The notes beneath the pieces were generated by a model that saw nothing but the letters and a program-made list of their open reading frames with translations, did no database searches and was not told where the DNA came from. The position numbers and the translations under genes were made by a program. From a virus (Duplodnaviria > Caudoviricetes): a DNA stretch of 63,999 bases. This document shows positions 63,961 through 63,999 of the stretch, in pieces. The stretch is from positions 1 to 63,999 of the IMG/VR virus record IMGVR_UViG_3300037329_000068. One strand, written 5' to 3'. How positions within the stretch are numbered: position 1 is the stretch's first letter; each line of letters begins with the position of its first letter.

Positions 63961-63999
63961 GAGCATCCCTTCATTTTCCTAACTATTTTTAGGAAAATG

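Noticed and set aside
1-63999. Stop-codon reassignment
   Set aside because: Core genes are full length under the standard code and end in TAA, TAG and TGA

Overview
A ~64 kb, AT-rich segment of a large T4-superfamily myophage genome. A gammaproteobacterial host is inferred from sigma70-type promoters, two-component spanins and an ArfA homologue. Left end (minus strand): baseplate/neck late operon with gp7 (partial), gp6, gp25, PAAR, gp5 carrying a C-terminal M15 peptidase, a gp27-like hub, gp53, gp48 and gp4. From ~9 to 43 kb (plus strand): a hyperplastic region of small early genes, each group headed by one of two repeated promoter-leader cassettes. It also holds two tRNAs, candidate structured ncRNAs, an Rnl2-type RNA ligase, rIIA/rIIB, late genes with capsid-targeting-like leaders, spanins and an ArfA ribosome-rescue gene with a 3' hairpin. 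Next come a nucleotidyltransferase-like gene, primase, metallophosphoesterase, ClpP, PhoH and DNA ligase; a second baseplate block (gp29, gp51, gp26, gp54) with gp2; and a minus-strand early region (thymidylate synthase, glutaredoxin, MazG-like, small ORFs). The most notable items are the phage ArfA with its possible regulatory hairpin, three ORF-free structured regions, the palindromic promoter cassettes, a TnpB-fragment chimera and putative capsid-packaged enzymes. All calls come from reading motifs by eye; no searches were run.
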